59,354 bases of DNA from an uncultured Lachnospiraceae bacterium (lineage in GTDB: Bacteria; Bacillota; Clostridia; Lachnospirales; Lachnospiraceae), in the NCBI GenBank assembly GCA_964405075.1, contig CAYOMP010000001.1, forward strand, positions 1 to 59,354, written 5' to 3'. Below, piece after piece: positions 50,265 through 59,248 of the stretch. The notes below the pieces were generated by a model. It made no database searches. It was not told where the DNA came from and was given only the letters and a program-made list of their open reading frames with translations. Position 1 is the first letter of the stretch, and each line of letters begins with the position of its first letter. The position numbers and the translations under genes were made by a program.

Positions 50265-53200
50265 ATGAAGAAAATCACTCAAAGGGTATATGTTTTAGGA
50301 ATAATTATAATATTTATAATATTTGGTTTATTATATAGCGAAACAAGGGTAGCAGGCTCACAGGAGAAAAGTGAACTTGTTAGGGTTGATATGCGAGGAG
50401 TTTATTCTCTTGATGGCGGAGAATGGATAGAGTTTTCTTCAATTGATCAATTTGAAGAAAAAAATGCGCATAAAGTAGAGATAAAAGGATTTTTTAATTC
50501 TAATATTCCTTCTAATGAGGTGTTATATCTATTTCCTAGAAATTTAGAGATAACTATGAAGGTTAATGGGGATGTTGTATATGAATTCCTTAGAACATCG
50601 GAAATATCACAAGGAACAGGCCAGGGGATAGGCGTAATAAACACAGGCACAATTAGAACTAATGATACTGTAGAATTTGAAATAACCAATCCATGGTATC
50701 AGGATAAAAACTTTCAGAATATGATGAAAAATTTCCTGTCCAGAATGGCAATGGGTGAAGGTGAAGAGATTTATAAAATCGTGTTAAGAGATTGTACAGG
50801 TGGAATTTTCTTAACTGCGCTGATATTTTTTATATCATTGATTTTAATGTTTATTACAGGGTATACAGCCTGCTACAACATACATATTGCGAAACAGTAT
50901 GCTGTGTTTACGTTTTTTTCCTTTGTATGTAGTTGGTATGTATTGGTGGATACTCTCTATTTCTATATGCCTATTTTTTTTAAGAGTCCGGTATGGTGCA
51001 ATATATTATCTGTTATACCAGTGTATTTGCTAACACTATCAGCTTCGTTATATTTTTATGTAAGCACAAAAAGTGAAGTGATCAAGAAGATATTAGTATG
51101 GTGTACTAATATTATGTTTGTAATTACAATATTGGCAATGGGATTACAGTTATTTGGCATTAAGGACATTTATCCAAGCCAGAACTATTTTCTAACAATT
51201 TCCGCATTAGTATTATTAGTCGGAGTAGTTGGAACAATTTGTGATGGGGTTATTTATAAAAATAGCGATATATTTGCATTGGTAAGAAGTTTTACACCAA
51301 TATTTATAGGTGGAGCTATTCAGTATTTTGACTTTTATTTTAACTTTTGGGAAGATAGATCATTAATGCCTGAAGTAATTACTCTCTCTTTGATTTTACA
51401 GACTTCCCATTTAATTCATGTGGTGTATCAATTAACAAAAGAGCAGGAAGCCAAGGAAAAAGAATACTTAAAAAAACAAGAAGAAAATATGAGGCAGCTG
51501 GAAATAATTAATGGTTTAGCCTCTGATTACAATTCTGTATATTATTTGGACTTGGATAATGATAGTGTGGAAGTGCTACGATTAGACAAACATGGTAATT
51601 TGTATACAGGAATAGATTTTGAAACCTACGGAAAATATGAAAAGAGCATAGAAAGTTATGCTAATTTAGTTTTGGAAGGAAGCGAAAGAAAACGCTTTAT
51701 TGAGCTCACCAGTTTAGAAAATCTAAGGGAACAAATGAATGATAGTGAGGTTTTTTCATTTGTTTACAAAACTATCCAGAATGGTGAAGAAATGTATTTT
51801 CAATTGAAGGCTGTAAAAGTTGGAGAATATGAAAAAAATAAAAAAATTGTTATAGGTTTCAGTGATATAACAGAAGAAACCAAAGAAAAGCGTAAACAGC
51901 AAGAGGCTTTAGAGATAGCATTAGAACAGGCGCAACAGGCTAGTAAGGCAAAAGGAACCTTCCTTTCAAATATGTCTCATGATATTAGAACACCAATGAA
52001 TGCAATAATAGGATTTGCAACTTTGGCAGCAGGACATATTGATAATACAGAGAGAGTAAAGGATTGTTTGAAAAAAATCATGTCATCATCTAATCATTTG
52101 CTTAGTTTAATAAATGATGTATTAGATATGAGCAGAATTGAAAGTGGTAAAATTACCATTGAAGAGAAGCCGTGTAGTTTGTCTGAGATATTCCATGATT
52201 TAAAAACGATTATTCAAGGAGAAATAAAGTCTAAACAACTGGAAATGTACATAGATACAGTAGACGTGTTTGATGAAGATATTTTCTGTGATAAGTTAAG
52301 AATGAATCAGATGTTTCTTAACCTTCTTAGTAATGCCATTAAGTTTTCAAAGCCGGGTGGAATAATTAGTGTAAGAATTATTCAAAGAAAGAGTAATATG
52401 GAAGATTATGGTTCTTATGAATTTAGAGTGAAAGATACAGGTGTTGGAATGACACCAGATTTCATTGAACATATTTTTGAACCGTTCTCAAGAGAAAAGA
52501 GTTCTACTGTCAGTGGAATTCAGGGAACGGGTTTAGGTATGGCAATTACTAAGAATATAGTAGATATGATGGGTGGAACTATTACCGTTAATAGCGAACT
52601 TGGTAAAGGAACTGAATTTGTAGTAAATATTGACTTTAGAATTCAGAAAGAAAAACATCAATCGGTGGAAATAAAAGAATTAGAAGGGCTGAGAGCACTT
52701 GTGGTAGATGACGATTTTAACACATGTGATAGTGTAACTCATATGTTAATGCAGGTGGGAATGCGTGCTGAATGGACAATGAGTGGTAGTGAAGCTATTC
52801 TGAGAACAAGACAGGCTATTTCTAGAAGTGATGAATTCTATACTTATATTATAGATTGGATTATGCCGGATATGAACGGTATAGAACTTACCAGAAGAAT
52901 AAGAAAAGAAGTAGGAGATAGTTGTCCTATAGTTATTCTTACTGCATATGACTGGTCTGATATTGAAGAGGAAGCCAAGGAAGCAGGAGTTACAGCTTTT
53001 TGCAGCAAACCAATGTTTATGTCAGATTTAAGAAATACTTTATTAAATGCAGCAGGTTTAATTAAGGAAGAAGAAACGGAAGAAGCTAGGGAATATGAAA
53101 AATTTATTGGTAAGAAGATATTGTTAGTAGAGGACAATGAGCTTAACCGAGAAATTGCAACTGAGATTCTTCAAGACTATGGATTTGTAGTTGATTATGC

Positions 53201-53480
53201 AGAGGATGGAACTGTAGCAGTTCAGAAGATGCAACTGGCTAAACGCGAGGATTATGATATTATTCTTATGGACATCCAAATGCCTCTTATGAATGGTTAT
53301 GAGGCTACAAGGGAAATACGTCAAATTAAAGAAGCACAAGACATTCCTATTATAGCAATGACTGCAAATGCATTTGACGAAGACAAAAGAAAAGCCTTTG
53401 AAAGTGGAATGAATGGATATATATCCAAGCCTATTGAAATTGAAAAATTACTGGAAACATTAGAAAAAACAATTGAATAG
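50265..53480 (+). CDS. hybrid sensor histidine kinase (extracytoplasmic domain + 7TM, PAS-like, HisKA/HATPase, two receiver domains)
   Basis: Signal anchor, about 150-aa outside domain and a 7-TM block. H-box FLSNMSHDIRTPMNAI, G-box GTGLGMAI. REC1 has IIDWIMPDMNG and REC2 has IILMDIQMPLMNG. Confidence 0.85.
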   Translation: MKKITQRVYVLGIIIIFIIFGLLYSETRVAGSQEKSELVRVDMRGVYSLDGGEWIEFSSIDQFEEKNAHKVEIKGFFNSNIPSNEVLYLFPRNLEITMKVNGDVVYEFLRTSEISQGTGQGIGVINTGTIRTNDTVEFEITNPWYQDKNFQNMMKNFLSRMAMGEGEEIYKIVLRDCTGGIFLTALIFFISLILMFITGYTACYNIHIAKQYAVFTFFSFVCSWYVLVDTLYFYMPIFFKSPVWCNILSVIPVYLLTLSASLYFYVSTKSEVIKKILVWCTNIMFVITILAMGLQLFGIKDIYPSQNYFLTISALVLLVGVVGTICDGVIYKNSDIFALVRSFTPIFIGGAIQYFDFYFNFWEDRSLMPEVITLSLILQTSHLIHVVYQLTKEQEAKEKEYLKKQEENMRQLEIINGLASDYNSVYYLDLDNDSVEVLRLDKHGNLYTGIDFETYGKYEKSIESYANLVLEGSERKRFIELTSLENLREQMNDSEVFSFVYKTIQNGEEMYFQLKAVKVGEYEKNKKIVIGFSDITEETKEKRKQQEALEIALEQAQQASKAKGTFLSNMSHDIRTPMNAIIGFATLAAGHIDNTERVKDCLKKIMSSSNHLLSLINDVLDMSRIESGKITIEEKPCSLSEIFHDLKTIIQGEIKSKQLEMYIDTVDVFDEDIFCDKLRMNQMFLNLLSNAIKFSKPGGIISVRIIQRKSNMEDYGSYEFRVKDTGVGMTPDFIEHIFEPFSREKSSTVSGIQGTGLGMAITKNIVDMMGGTITVNSELGKGTEFVVNIDFRIQKEKHQSVEIKELEGLRALVVDDDFNTCDSVTHMLMQVGMRAEWTMSGSEAILRTRQAISRSDEFYTYIIDWIMPDMNGIELTRRIRKEVGDSCPIVILTAYDWSDIEEEAKEAGVTAFCSKPMFMSDLRNTLLNAAGLIKEEETEEAREYEKFIGKKILLVEDNELNREIATEILQDYGFVVDYAEDGTVAVQKMQLAKREDYDIILMDIQMPLMNGYEATREIRQIKEAQDIPIIAMTANAFDEDKRKAFESGMNGYISKPIEIEKLLETLEKTIE

Positions 53481-53686
53481 CTCAATCCCCAATAAGGATT
53501 GAAAGGTAAAGATTATTAAAGATAGTTGTGTGTTAAATTAGTATATCAGCATATAATGATAAAATAATTTAGTTACATTTTTTCTCCAATTAGTTATTGA
53601 CTTAAAAAAGATATTATACGAAAATAGAAAACGTAAAATGAATGATATAATTCGAATATAAAGGATATTAAAAAGAGGAGAGAACA

Positions 53687-54559
53687 ATGGGCGAGTACAA
53701 AATAGTAACAGATGCAACAGCCGACATTACATTAGAAGATGCTGCTGCAATTGATATAGCAGTAATTCCTATGCAATTTATGATGGGTGAAGAGTCTTGT
53801 ACTTTTGGCTTAGGAGAAGGCGATATTACAGCTAAGGAATTTTATGATAGTTTAAAAGCCGGTAAAACAGCAAGTACATCACAGATTACGCCATATGTAT
53901 ATGAAGAATTTTTTAGCAAATATTTAAAAGAGGGACTAGACATTTTATATGTTTGTTTTTCTTCAGGATTAAGTGATACCATTAATTCTGCAAGAGTTGC
54001 AGTTGAAAATTTGAAAGAAGAATATCCAGATAGAAAAGTGTTAATAGTTGATACATTATGTGCCTCTGTTGGTGAAGCAATGATGTGTGATGCTGTTGCA
54101 CGAAAAAAACGAGACGGAATGTCCATGGAAGATTTGGCAAAATGGGTAGAGGATAATAGAGATAATGCCTGCCACTGGTTTACTGTAGCAGATTTAGGAC
54201 ATTTAGCCAGAGGAGGAAGAATTTCTGCCGTTACAGCTATTGCAGGTACAGCATTGAATATTAAACCTATTTTGCATTTAGATATTACAGGTCATTTAGT
54301 TAATGTTACAAAGGTAAGAGGCAGAAAGAAATCAATAGGAGCCTTGGTTGATAAGTTCAAAGAAGGATACGATGCTGGTTATGGCAAGGAAGTATTTATA
54401 GGACATGGTGATTGTATTGAAGATGCTAATAAGATGGCAGATGGTATAAGAGAAGTATGCCCGGACATTAATGTTCATATATATCCGGTAGGACCAATTA
54501 TTGGTGCACATACTGGACCAGATATTTTATTAGTTTCTTATTTTGGGAATAATAAATAG
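53687..54559 (+). CDS. DegV-family fatty-acid-binding protein
   Basis: YKIVTDATADI start, STSQITP, and a size typical of DegV. Confidence 0.9.
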   Translation: MGEYKIVTDATADITLEDAAAIDIAVIPMQFMMGEESCTFGLGEGDITAKEFYDSLKAGKTASTSQITPYVYEEFFSKYLKEGLDILYVCFSSGLSDTINSARVAVENLKEEYPDRKVLIVDTLCASVGEAMMCDAVARKKRDGMSMEDLAKWVEDNRDNACHWFTVADLGHLARGGRISAVTAIAGTALNIKPILHLDITGHLVNVTKVRGRKKSIGALVDKFKEGYDAGYGKEVFIGHGDCIEDANKMADGIREVCPDINVHIYPVGPIIGAHTGPDILLVSYFGNNK

Positions 54560-54600
54560 TTTTTGAAAAGATTAAGATAAAATACCCTATAAACGGGAGG

Positions 54601-54641
54601 ATGCCAGGTAAAGTGGAGAGAGTTACTTACCTGGCATTTTT
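54601..54641 (+). terminator. rho-independent terminator
   Basis: 11-bp perfect stem ATGCCAGGTAA/TTACCTGGCAT followed by TTTTT. Confidence 0.8.
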
Positions 54642-54893
54642 ATAGTATTATGAAAAAGTTTTTAACTGAATTTGTATTATTTGTTTATTTAACTTGTTAA
54701 ATCCTTAACTTTATTTTATTATAGAAAACAATAATGAAGAAATAATGTGACTTTAATGAATTTGCTTTTAATATATAATGAATAAAATATGAACGATATT
54801 AGAAGTAATGTTAGTGTAAAAACTTGTTTGATTTTGTAAATGTATACTGTTACAATAAAATTAAATGATGCTTTTTTTACGGAGGGAAGTATA

Positions 54894-55949
54894 ATGGTAT
54901 TAATATATAAGTGTCCATCTTGTGGCTCTAATATGAAGTTTGACAGTGAACAACAGATGATGGTGTGTGAGCATTGTAATACTGCCAAATCTGTTACTCA
55001 GATGGAGCAAATAACAAAAGAGGCAGAAATGCTTAATAACGAACAAGATAATGTAGAGTGTGATAACACAGCAGAAACTATGGAGGTTAAAGTATACAAA
55101 TGTCCTGCATGTGGAGCAGAGCTATTGACAGATGAAAATACATCAGCTACATTTTGCAATTTCTGTGGAAATGCTACGTTAATAGAGAATCGTTTACAGG
55201 GTGTGAATGCACCAACAGGTGTTATTCCTTTTGAACATAATAAAGAAGAAGCTGTGGCAGCTTTTAAGAAGTGGAGTAAGAAAGGGTTACTAACACCAAA
55301 GGAATTTGTTAGTCAAAATACAATTGAAAAAATCACGGGTATGTATGTGCCATTTTGGTTATATGATTATAATTCAGAAGTTGATTTGGATGCACGTTGT
55401 ACGAGAGTCAGAGTAGAACGTCATGGAAATAAGGAAATTACAAATACAGAACACTATAATGTACATAGAAATGTTACAATGCAGTTTAACAGGGTGCCGG
55501 CAGATGCTTCTGAAAAAATGGATGATGATATTATGGATAAGCTGGAACCTTTTGATTATGGCGATATAAAGAAGTTTGAAATTCCTTATTTATCAGGTTA
55601 TGTATCAGAAAAATATAATTTTACCAGCAAAGAATTAGAAGACAGAGTAGAAAGCAGGTTAGAGCAGTATGCTAAGGATATGGCAAGGGGAACTATTAAT
55701 GGTTATGCAACTACTGCTGTCATAAGAGAAGATGTTACACTACATAAACAAAAGGCAGATTATATTTTGATGCCGGTATGGATGTTGAACTATAGATACA
55801 AAGGGCAAACATTTACATTTACAATGAATGGGCAAACAGGAAAAGTAGTTGGTAAGCTGCCAATTAGTGTAGGAAAAGTTATTTCATTGTTTGCTGGAAG
55901 TTCGGTTGCGGTATTTGCAATAATTAAATTGTTTGAAATGTTTATATAG
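54894..55949 (+). CDS. double zinc-ribbon protein with a C-terminal TM helix (YdjG-like)
   Basis: CPSCGS...CEHCN and CPACGA...CNFCGN ribbons. C-terminal VISLFAGSSVAVFAIIKLF. The GGAGGG at 54881 favours ATG 54894. Confidence 0.7.
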   Translation: MVLIYKCPSCGSNMKFDSEQQMMVCEHCNTAKSVTQMEQITKEAEMLNNEQDNVECDNTAETMEVKVYKCPACGAELLTDENTSATFCNFCGNATLIENRLQGVNAPTGVIPFEHNKEEAVAAFKKWSKKGLLTPKEFVSQNTIEKITGMYVPFWLYDYNSEVDLDARCTRVRVERHGNKEITNTEHYNVHRNVTMQFNRVPADASEKMDDDIMDKLEPFDYGDIKKFEIPYLSGYVSEKYNFTSKELEDRVESRLEQYAKDMARGTINGYATTAVIREDVTLHKQKADYILMPVWMLNYRYKGQTFTFTMNGQTGKVVGKLPISVGKVISLFAGSSVAVFAIIKLFEMFI

Positions 55950-55960
55950 GAGGAACATTC

Positions 55961-56737
55961 ATGAGAACATATAAAAATATATTTAAGAAATGTACAGTAA
56001 TATGTATGTTGGTATGTAGCTTTGTAATGCTTTGCGGCTTTACAAGTCCACAGCAAAAGGTATATGATAATGCACAATTATTGAGTTCAGATGAAGAGGC
56101 TAAGTTGCAAAGTTTGTGTTTAGAATATATTGCAAAAACAGAGTCTGATATTGTTGTAGTTACTACAAATACATTAGATGGTAAGTCTGTAGTAGCATAT
56201 GCAGATGATTATTTTGATTATAATGGTTTTGGTTATAACAAAGAAATGGGCGATGGCATAATTTTAGTAATTGATATGGAAGATAGAGAATTAGCTATAT
56301 CAACTAGTGGTAAATTAGTGAGTATGCTATCAGAAAACCAGACTGATAGTATGGTGTCAGAGGTGGCGTCATACTTAACAGATGGCGATTATTATGCGGG
56401 ATGTCAGACTTTTGTAGAGAGTTTTTATCAAGAGTATAATTATTCATTAGATGCAGGTAAGAGAGAGAGGATGATGACCACTCTTATAGAAGTACTAATT
56501 TCATTAGTTGTTGGTGGAATAATAACAGGGGTAATTTATAGTGGGCACAGTACCAAAATGACAGTGAATGGCTATACATATGCTAAAAACCATAAATGTG
56601 ATATAAGAAGACAAAGTGATATTTATACTAATACCACAAGAACTGTAAGAACTATAGATAATGGCGGTTCATCAGGTGGAGGCAGTCATGTGGGAAGTTC
56701 TGGAAATCGACATGGTGGTAGTTCAGGAAAATTCTAA
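55961..56737 (+). CDS. TPM-domain membrane protein with a Gly/Ser-rich tail (YdjH/YgcG-like)
   Basis: Signal anchor. TPM motif VYDNAQLLSSDEEAKLQ...IVVVTTN. TM helix, then GGSSGGGSHVGSSGNRHGGSSG. Confidence 0.8.
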   Translation: MRTYKNIFKKCTVICMLVCSFVMLCGFTSPQQKVYDNAQLLSSDEEAKLQSLCLEYIAKTESDIVVVTTNTLDGKSVVAYADDYFDYNGFGYNKEMGDGIILVIDMEDRELAISTSGKLVSMLSENQTDSMVSEVASYLTDGDYYAGCQTFVESFYQEYNYSLDAGKRERMMTTLIEVLISLVVGGIITGVIYSGHSTKMTVNGYTYAKNHKCDIRRQSDIYTNTTRTVRTIDNGGSSGGGSHVGSSGNRHGGSSGKF

Positions 56738-56811
56738 ACGGTAAGACTTATTTAAAAGTACTTATTTTGTGATTCGATAAAAAATACTCGCAATTTTTTC
56801 GGAATAAAAAA

Positions 56812-56853
56812 TTTAGAATTTGATGAATGTATAATCCTGTGTCAAATTCTAAA
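56812..56853. promoter_or_regulatory. 12-bp perfect inverted repeat enclosing a TATAAT hexamer, upstream of spmA
   Basis: TTTAGAATTTGA-tgaatgTATAATcctgtg-TCAAATTCTAAA. Confidence 0.35.
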
Positions 56854-56909
56854 AGATTCATTATGTAAATAGAGGTTGCATATACTATAAAAAAACTATA
56901 GGTGATCAA

Positions 56910-57494
56910 ATGTTAAATTACTTATGGGGAATGATGATTATCATTGGAATAGTGTATGCAGCCTTTAATGGTACTATGGGAAATGTTACCACTGCAGCCA
57001 TTGATTCTGCAAAAGAGGCTATACAATTATGCATTACCATGTTAGGAGTTATGGGAATGTGGAGTGGAATAATGAAAATAGCAGAGGATGCAGGAATTAT
57101 AAATGTGGCAACTAAGAAAATAGCACCTGTAATTGACTATTTATTTCCAACTATTCCAAAAGAACATAAAGTCAGGGAATACATTTCTACTAATATTATT
57201 GCTAATATTCTGGGTTTAGGTTGGGCGGCAACACCAGCTGGTCTAAATGCAATGAAGAGTCTAAAAGAACTAAATAATAATAGTAATAGAGCAAGCACAG
57301 CTATGTGTACATTTCTTATTGTAAACATCTCGTCATTACAATTAATACCCATAAATATGATGGCATATAGAAATCAATATGGTTCAACCAATCCTGCTCT
57401 TATTGTGGCACCTGCAATTATTACCACTATCATTTCAACAATTGCAGGAATAATATTTGCAAAAGTCGCAGAAAGGATATCCAAATGCAGATAA
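56910..57494 (+). CDS. spmA: spore maturation protein A (nucleoside-recognition/Gate-domain membrane protein)
   Basis: MLNYLWGMMIIIGIVYA start. Size and pairing with spmB. Confidence 0.85.
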   Translation: MLNYLWGMMIIIGIVYAAFNGTMGNVTTAAIDSAKEAIQLCITMLGVMGMWSGIMKIAEDAGIINVATKKIAPVIDYLFPTIPKEHKVREYISTNIIANILGLGWAATPAGLNAMKSLKELNNNSNRASTAMCTFLIVNISSLQLIPINMMAYRNQYGSTNPALIVAPAIITTIISTIAGIIFAKVAERISKCR

Positions 57495-58024
57495 TTCTTT
57501 TTTTGTCGGATTTAATAATGCCATTAACTATTTTCTACATAGTAGGGTTCGGAATGCTAATGAAGAAAAATGTATATGAGGATTTTGTTAAAGGTGCAGT
57601 TGATGGAGCAAAAATCGTAGTTGATATTATGCCAACGTTAATAGGACTTATGGTTGCAGTTGGTATATTAAGAGAATCCGGATTTTTAGATTGTATTGGA
57701 AATATTCTTGGAAGTGTAATTGATTCAAGGATTATTCCTGCACCAATAATACCAGTAGCTATAGTTAAATTATTCTCATCATCAGCGGCAACAGGATTAG
57801 TGTTAGATATTTTTAAAACATATGGCACAGATTCATTTGTTGGAATAATGGTGTCTATAATGATGAGTTGTACAGAAACAGTTTTTTATACAATGAGCGT
57901 ATATTTTATGGCGGCAAAGGTTAAAAAAACCAGATATACATTAGTCGGGGCGTTATTTGCAACAGCAGTAAACATTATATTTAGTATAATTATTACCCAT
58001 ATGCTGACTAATTTTGGCGGTTGA
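57485..58024 (+). CDS. spmB: spore maturation protein B
   Basis: Overlaps spmA by 10 nt. Polytopic membrane protein with FVKGAVDGAKIVVDIMPTLIGL. Confidence 0.85.
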   Translation: MQIILFLSDLIMPLTIFYIVGFGMLMKKNVYEDFVKGAVDGAKIVVDIMPTLIGLMVAVGILRESGFLDCIGNILGSVIDSRIIPAPIIPVAIVKLFSSSAATGLVLDIFKTYGTDSFVGIMVSIMMSCTETVFYTMSVYFMAAKVKKTRYTLVGALFATAVNIIFSIIITHMLTNFGG

Positions 58025-58107
58025 TTGTATTTGGGTTAAATGGTTGAAAATTATAGAGAAATTTATGATATAAGTCTAAACAGATATTGTTATTAGAATA
58101 TAGTGAA

Positions 58108-58241
58108 TGTTCAGAGCCAACCTCGAAAACACTGAGTGTTTCCTCAGTGTGGCGTATCCGCCAAATAGATTTATATAAAAAAGTGATCTTGAATGCAAGC
58201 ATTCATCGCTCTATTTTGATAAATCTGATTGGCTCTGAACA
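58108..58241 (+). other. 134-nt multi-helix structured element (candidate ncRNA or MITE-like element), class unknown
   Basis: 13-bp perfect closing helix TGTTCAGAGCCAA/TTGGCTCTGAACA enclosing three internal hairpins. Coordinates are in the findings. Confidence 0.5.
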
Positions 58242-58318
58242 GTTACAAAATATTCGACAGTATTGGAAAAATAGGATACAATATATGGGATGAATAGAAG
58301 TAAGGCGGGTACAAAATT

Positions 58319-59071
58319 GTGAAAATAGATGAAAAAATGTTAGAAGTGGCGCGAAAACAGTTTATACTGGACTGTAATATTACAGAATATGATGCAGGTA
58401 AGAAGGTTTTAATTGGAAAAACCAAGGCTAATGAAGGTGCCAGAATATATACAGGAAAAACCTTGGAATTCAAAGCAATTGTATGCTTAGGGCAAGCATT
58501 TATTATGGCTGGAGAGCAAATGTATGAGTGGAGTGTTAATGAATATGCCAATGAAAAAGCACCAGAATGGATGTGTAATTTTAATACATTAAGAAAGTTG
58601 GAAAGACAGCTTAATAAATGTGGTTTGGAAATTGCAGATACGCATATTTACTTTTTGCCGGATAAAGATTTTGAGGAGGTTAAGCCTTTATGTGAGATTA
58701 AGATATTATCTCAGGAGGAAATACTGGCAATTAAAGGACAGCACAAATTTAATAATGCGGTTTGCTATGATGAGGCAATGTCTGATGGTATAGCCATTGT
58801 AGCTGTGGAGAATGAAAAAATGATAGGAATGGCTGGAGCCAGTATGGACGGTAAATACTTATGGCAGATAGGTGTAGATGTGTTACCTGAATATAGAAAC
58901 AGAGGATTGGCAGCCAACCTTACATCTTTAATTAAACAGGAAATAATTAAAATGGGAAAAGTTCCATTTTATGGCACCAGTGAGTCCCATGCAGTTTCAC
59001 AGTCGGTAGCCATTAAATCAGGTTTTATGCCAGCCTGGGCAGAAATATATGTTAGAGAGATTAAAAAGTAA
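58319..59071 (+). CDS. GNAT-family N-acetyltransferase with an N-terminal accessory domain
   Basis: C-terminal GNAT core WQIGVDVLPEYRNRGLAANLTSLI. GTG 58319 or ATG 58337 as start. Confidence 0.7.
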   Translation: MKIDEKMLEVARKQFILDCNITEYDAGKKVLIGKTKANEGARIYTGKTLEFKAIVCLGQAFIMAGEQMYEWSVNEYANEKAPEWMCNFNTLRKLERQLNKCGLEIADTHIYFLPDKDFEEVKPLCEIKILSQEEILAIKGQHKFNNAVCYDEAMSDGIAIVAVENEKMIGMAGASMDGKYLWQIGVDVLPEYRNRGLAANLTSLIKQEIIKMGKVPFYGTSESHAVSQSVAIKSGFMPAWAEIYVREIKK

Positions 59072-59248
59072 AATTAATAAAAAGCATAAAAATGGAGAGC
59101 AACAAAGATAAAAAGCAATCTATGCAATATGCGTAGCTCGTGGAGAAGAAGTTTGCTATAAAGGCAATGATCGCGCGCGAAGAGTTTGCAAGCAAACTCG
59201 TTATTCATACAGTAAAATAGAATTCTAGAAATTGGGGGAACAAATGAT

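Noticed and set aside
58108-58241. The structured element interpreted as an integron attC site, a retron msr/msd, or an invertible promoter.
   Set aside because: The arm ends do not fit the attC R''/R' consensus (RYYYAAC/GTTRRRY). There is no reverse transcriptase gene next to it, as a retron would need. No recombinase or invertase gene is nearby, and the internal sequence is itself almost fully base-paired rather than promoter-like. It is kept as an unclassified structured element.
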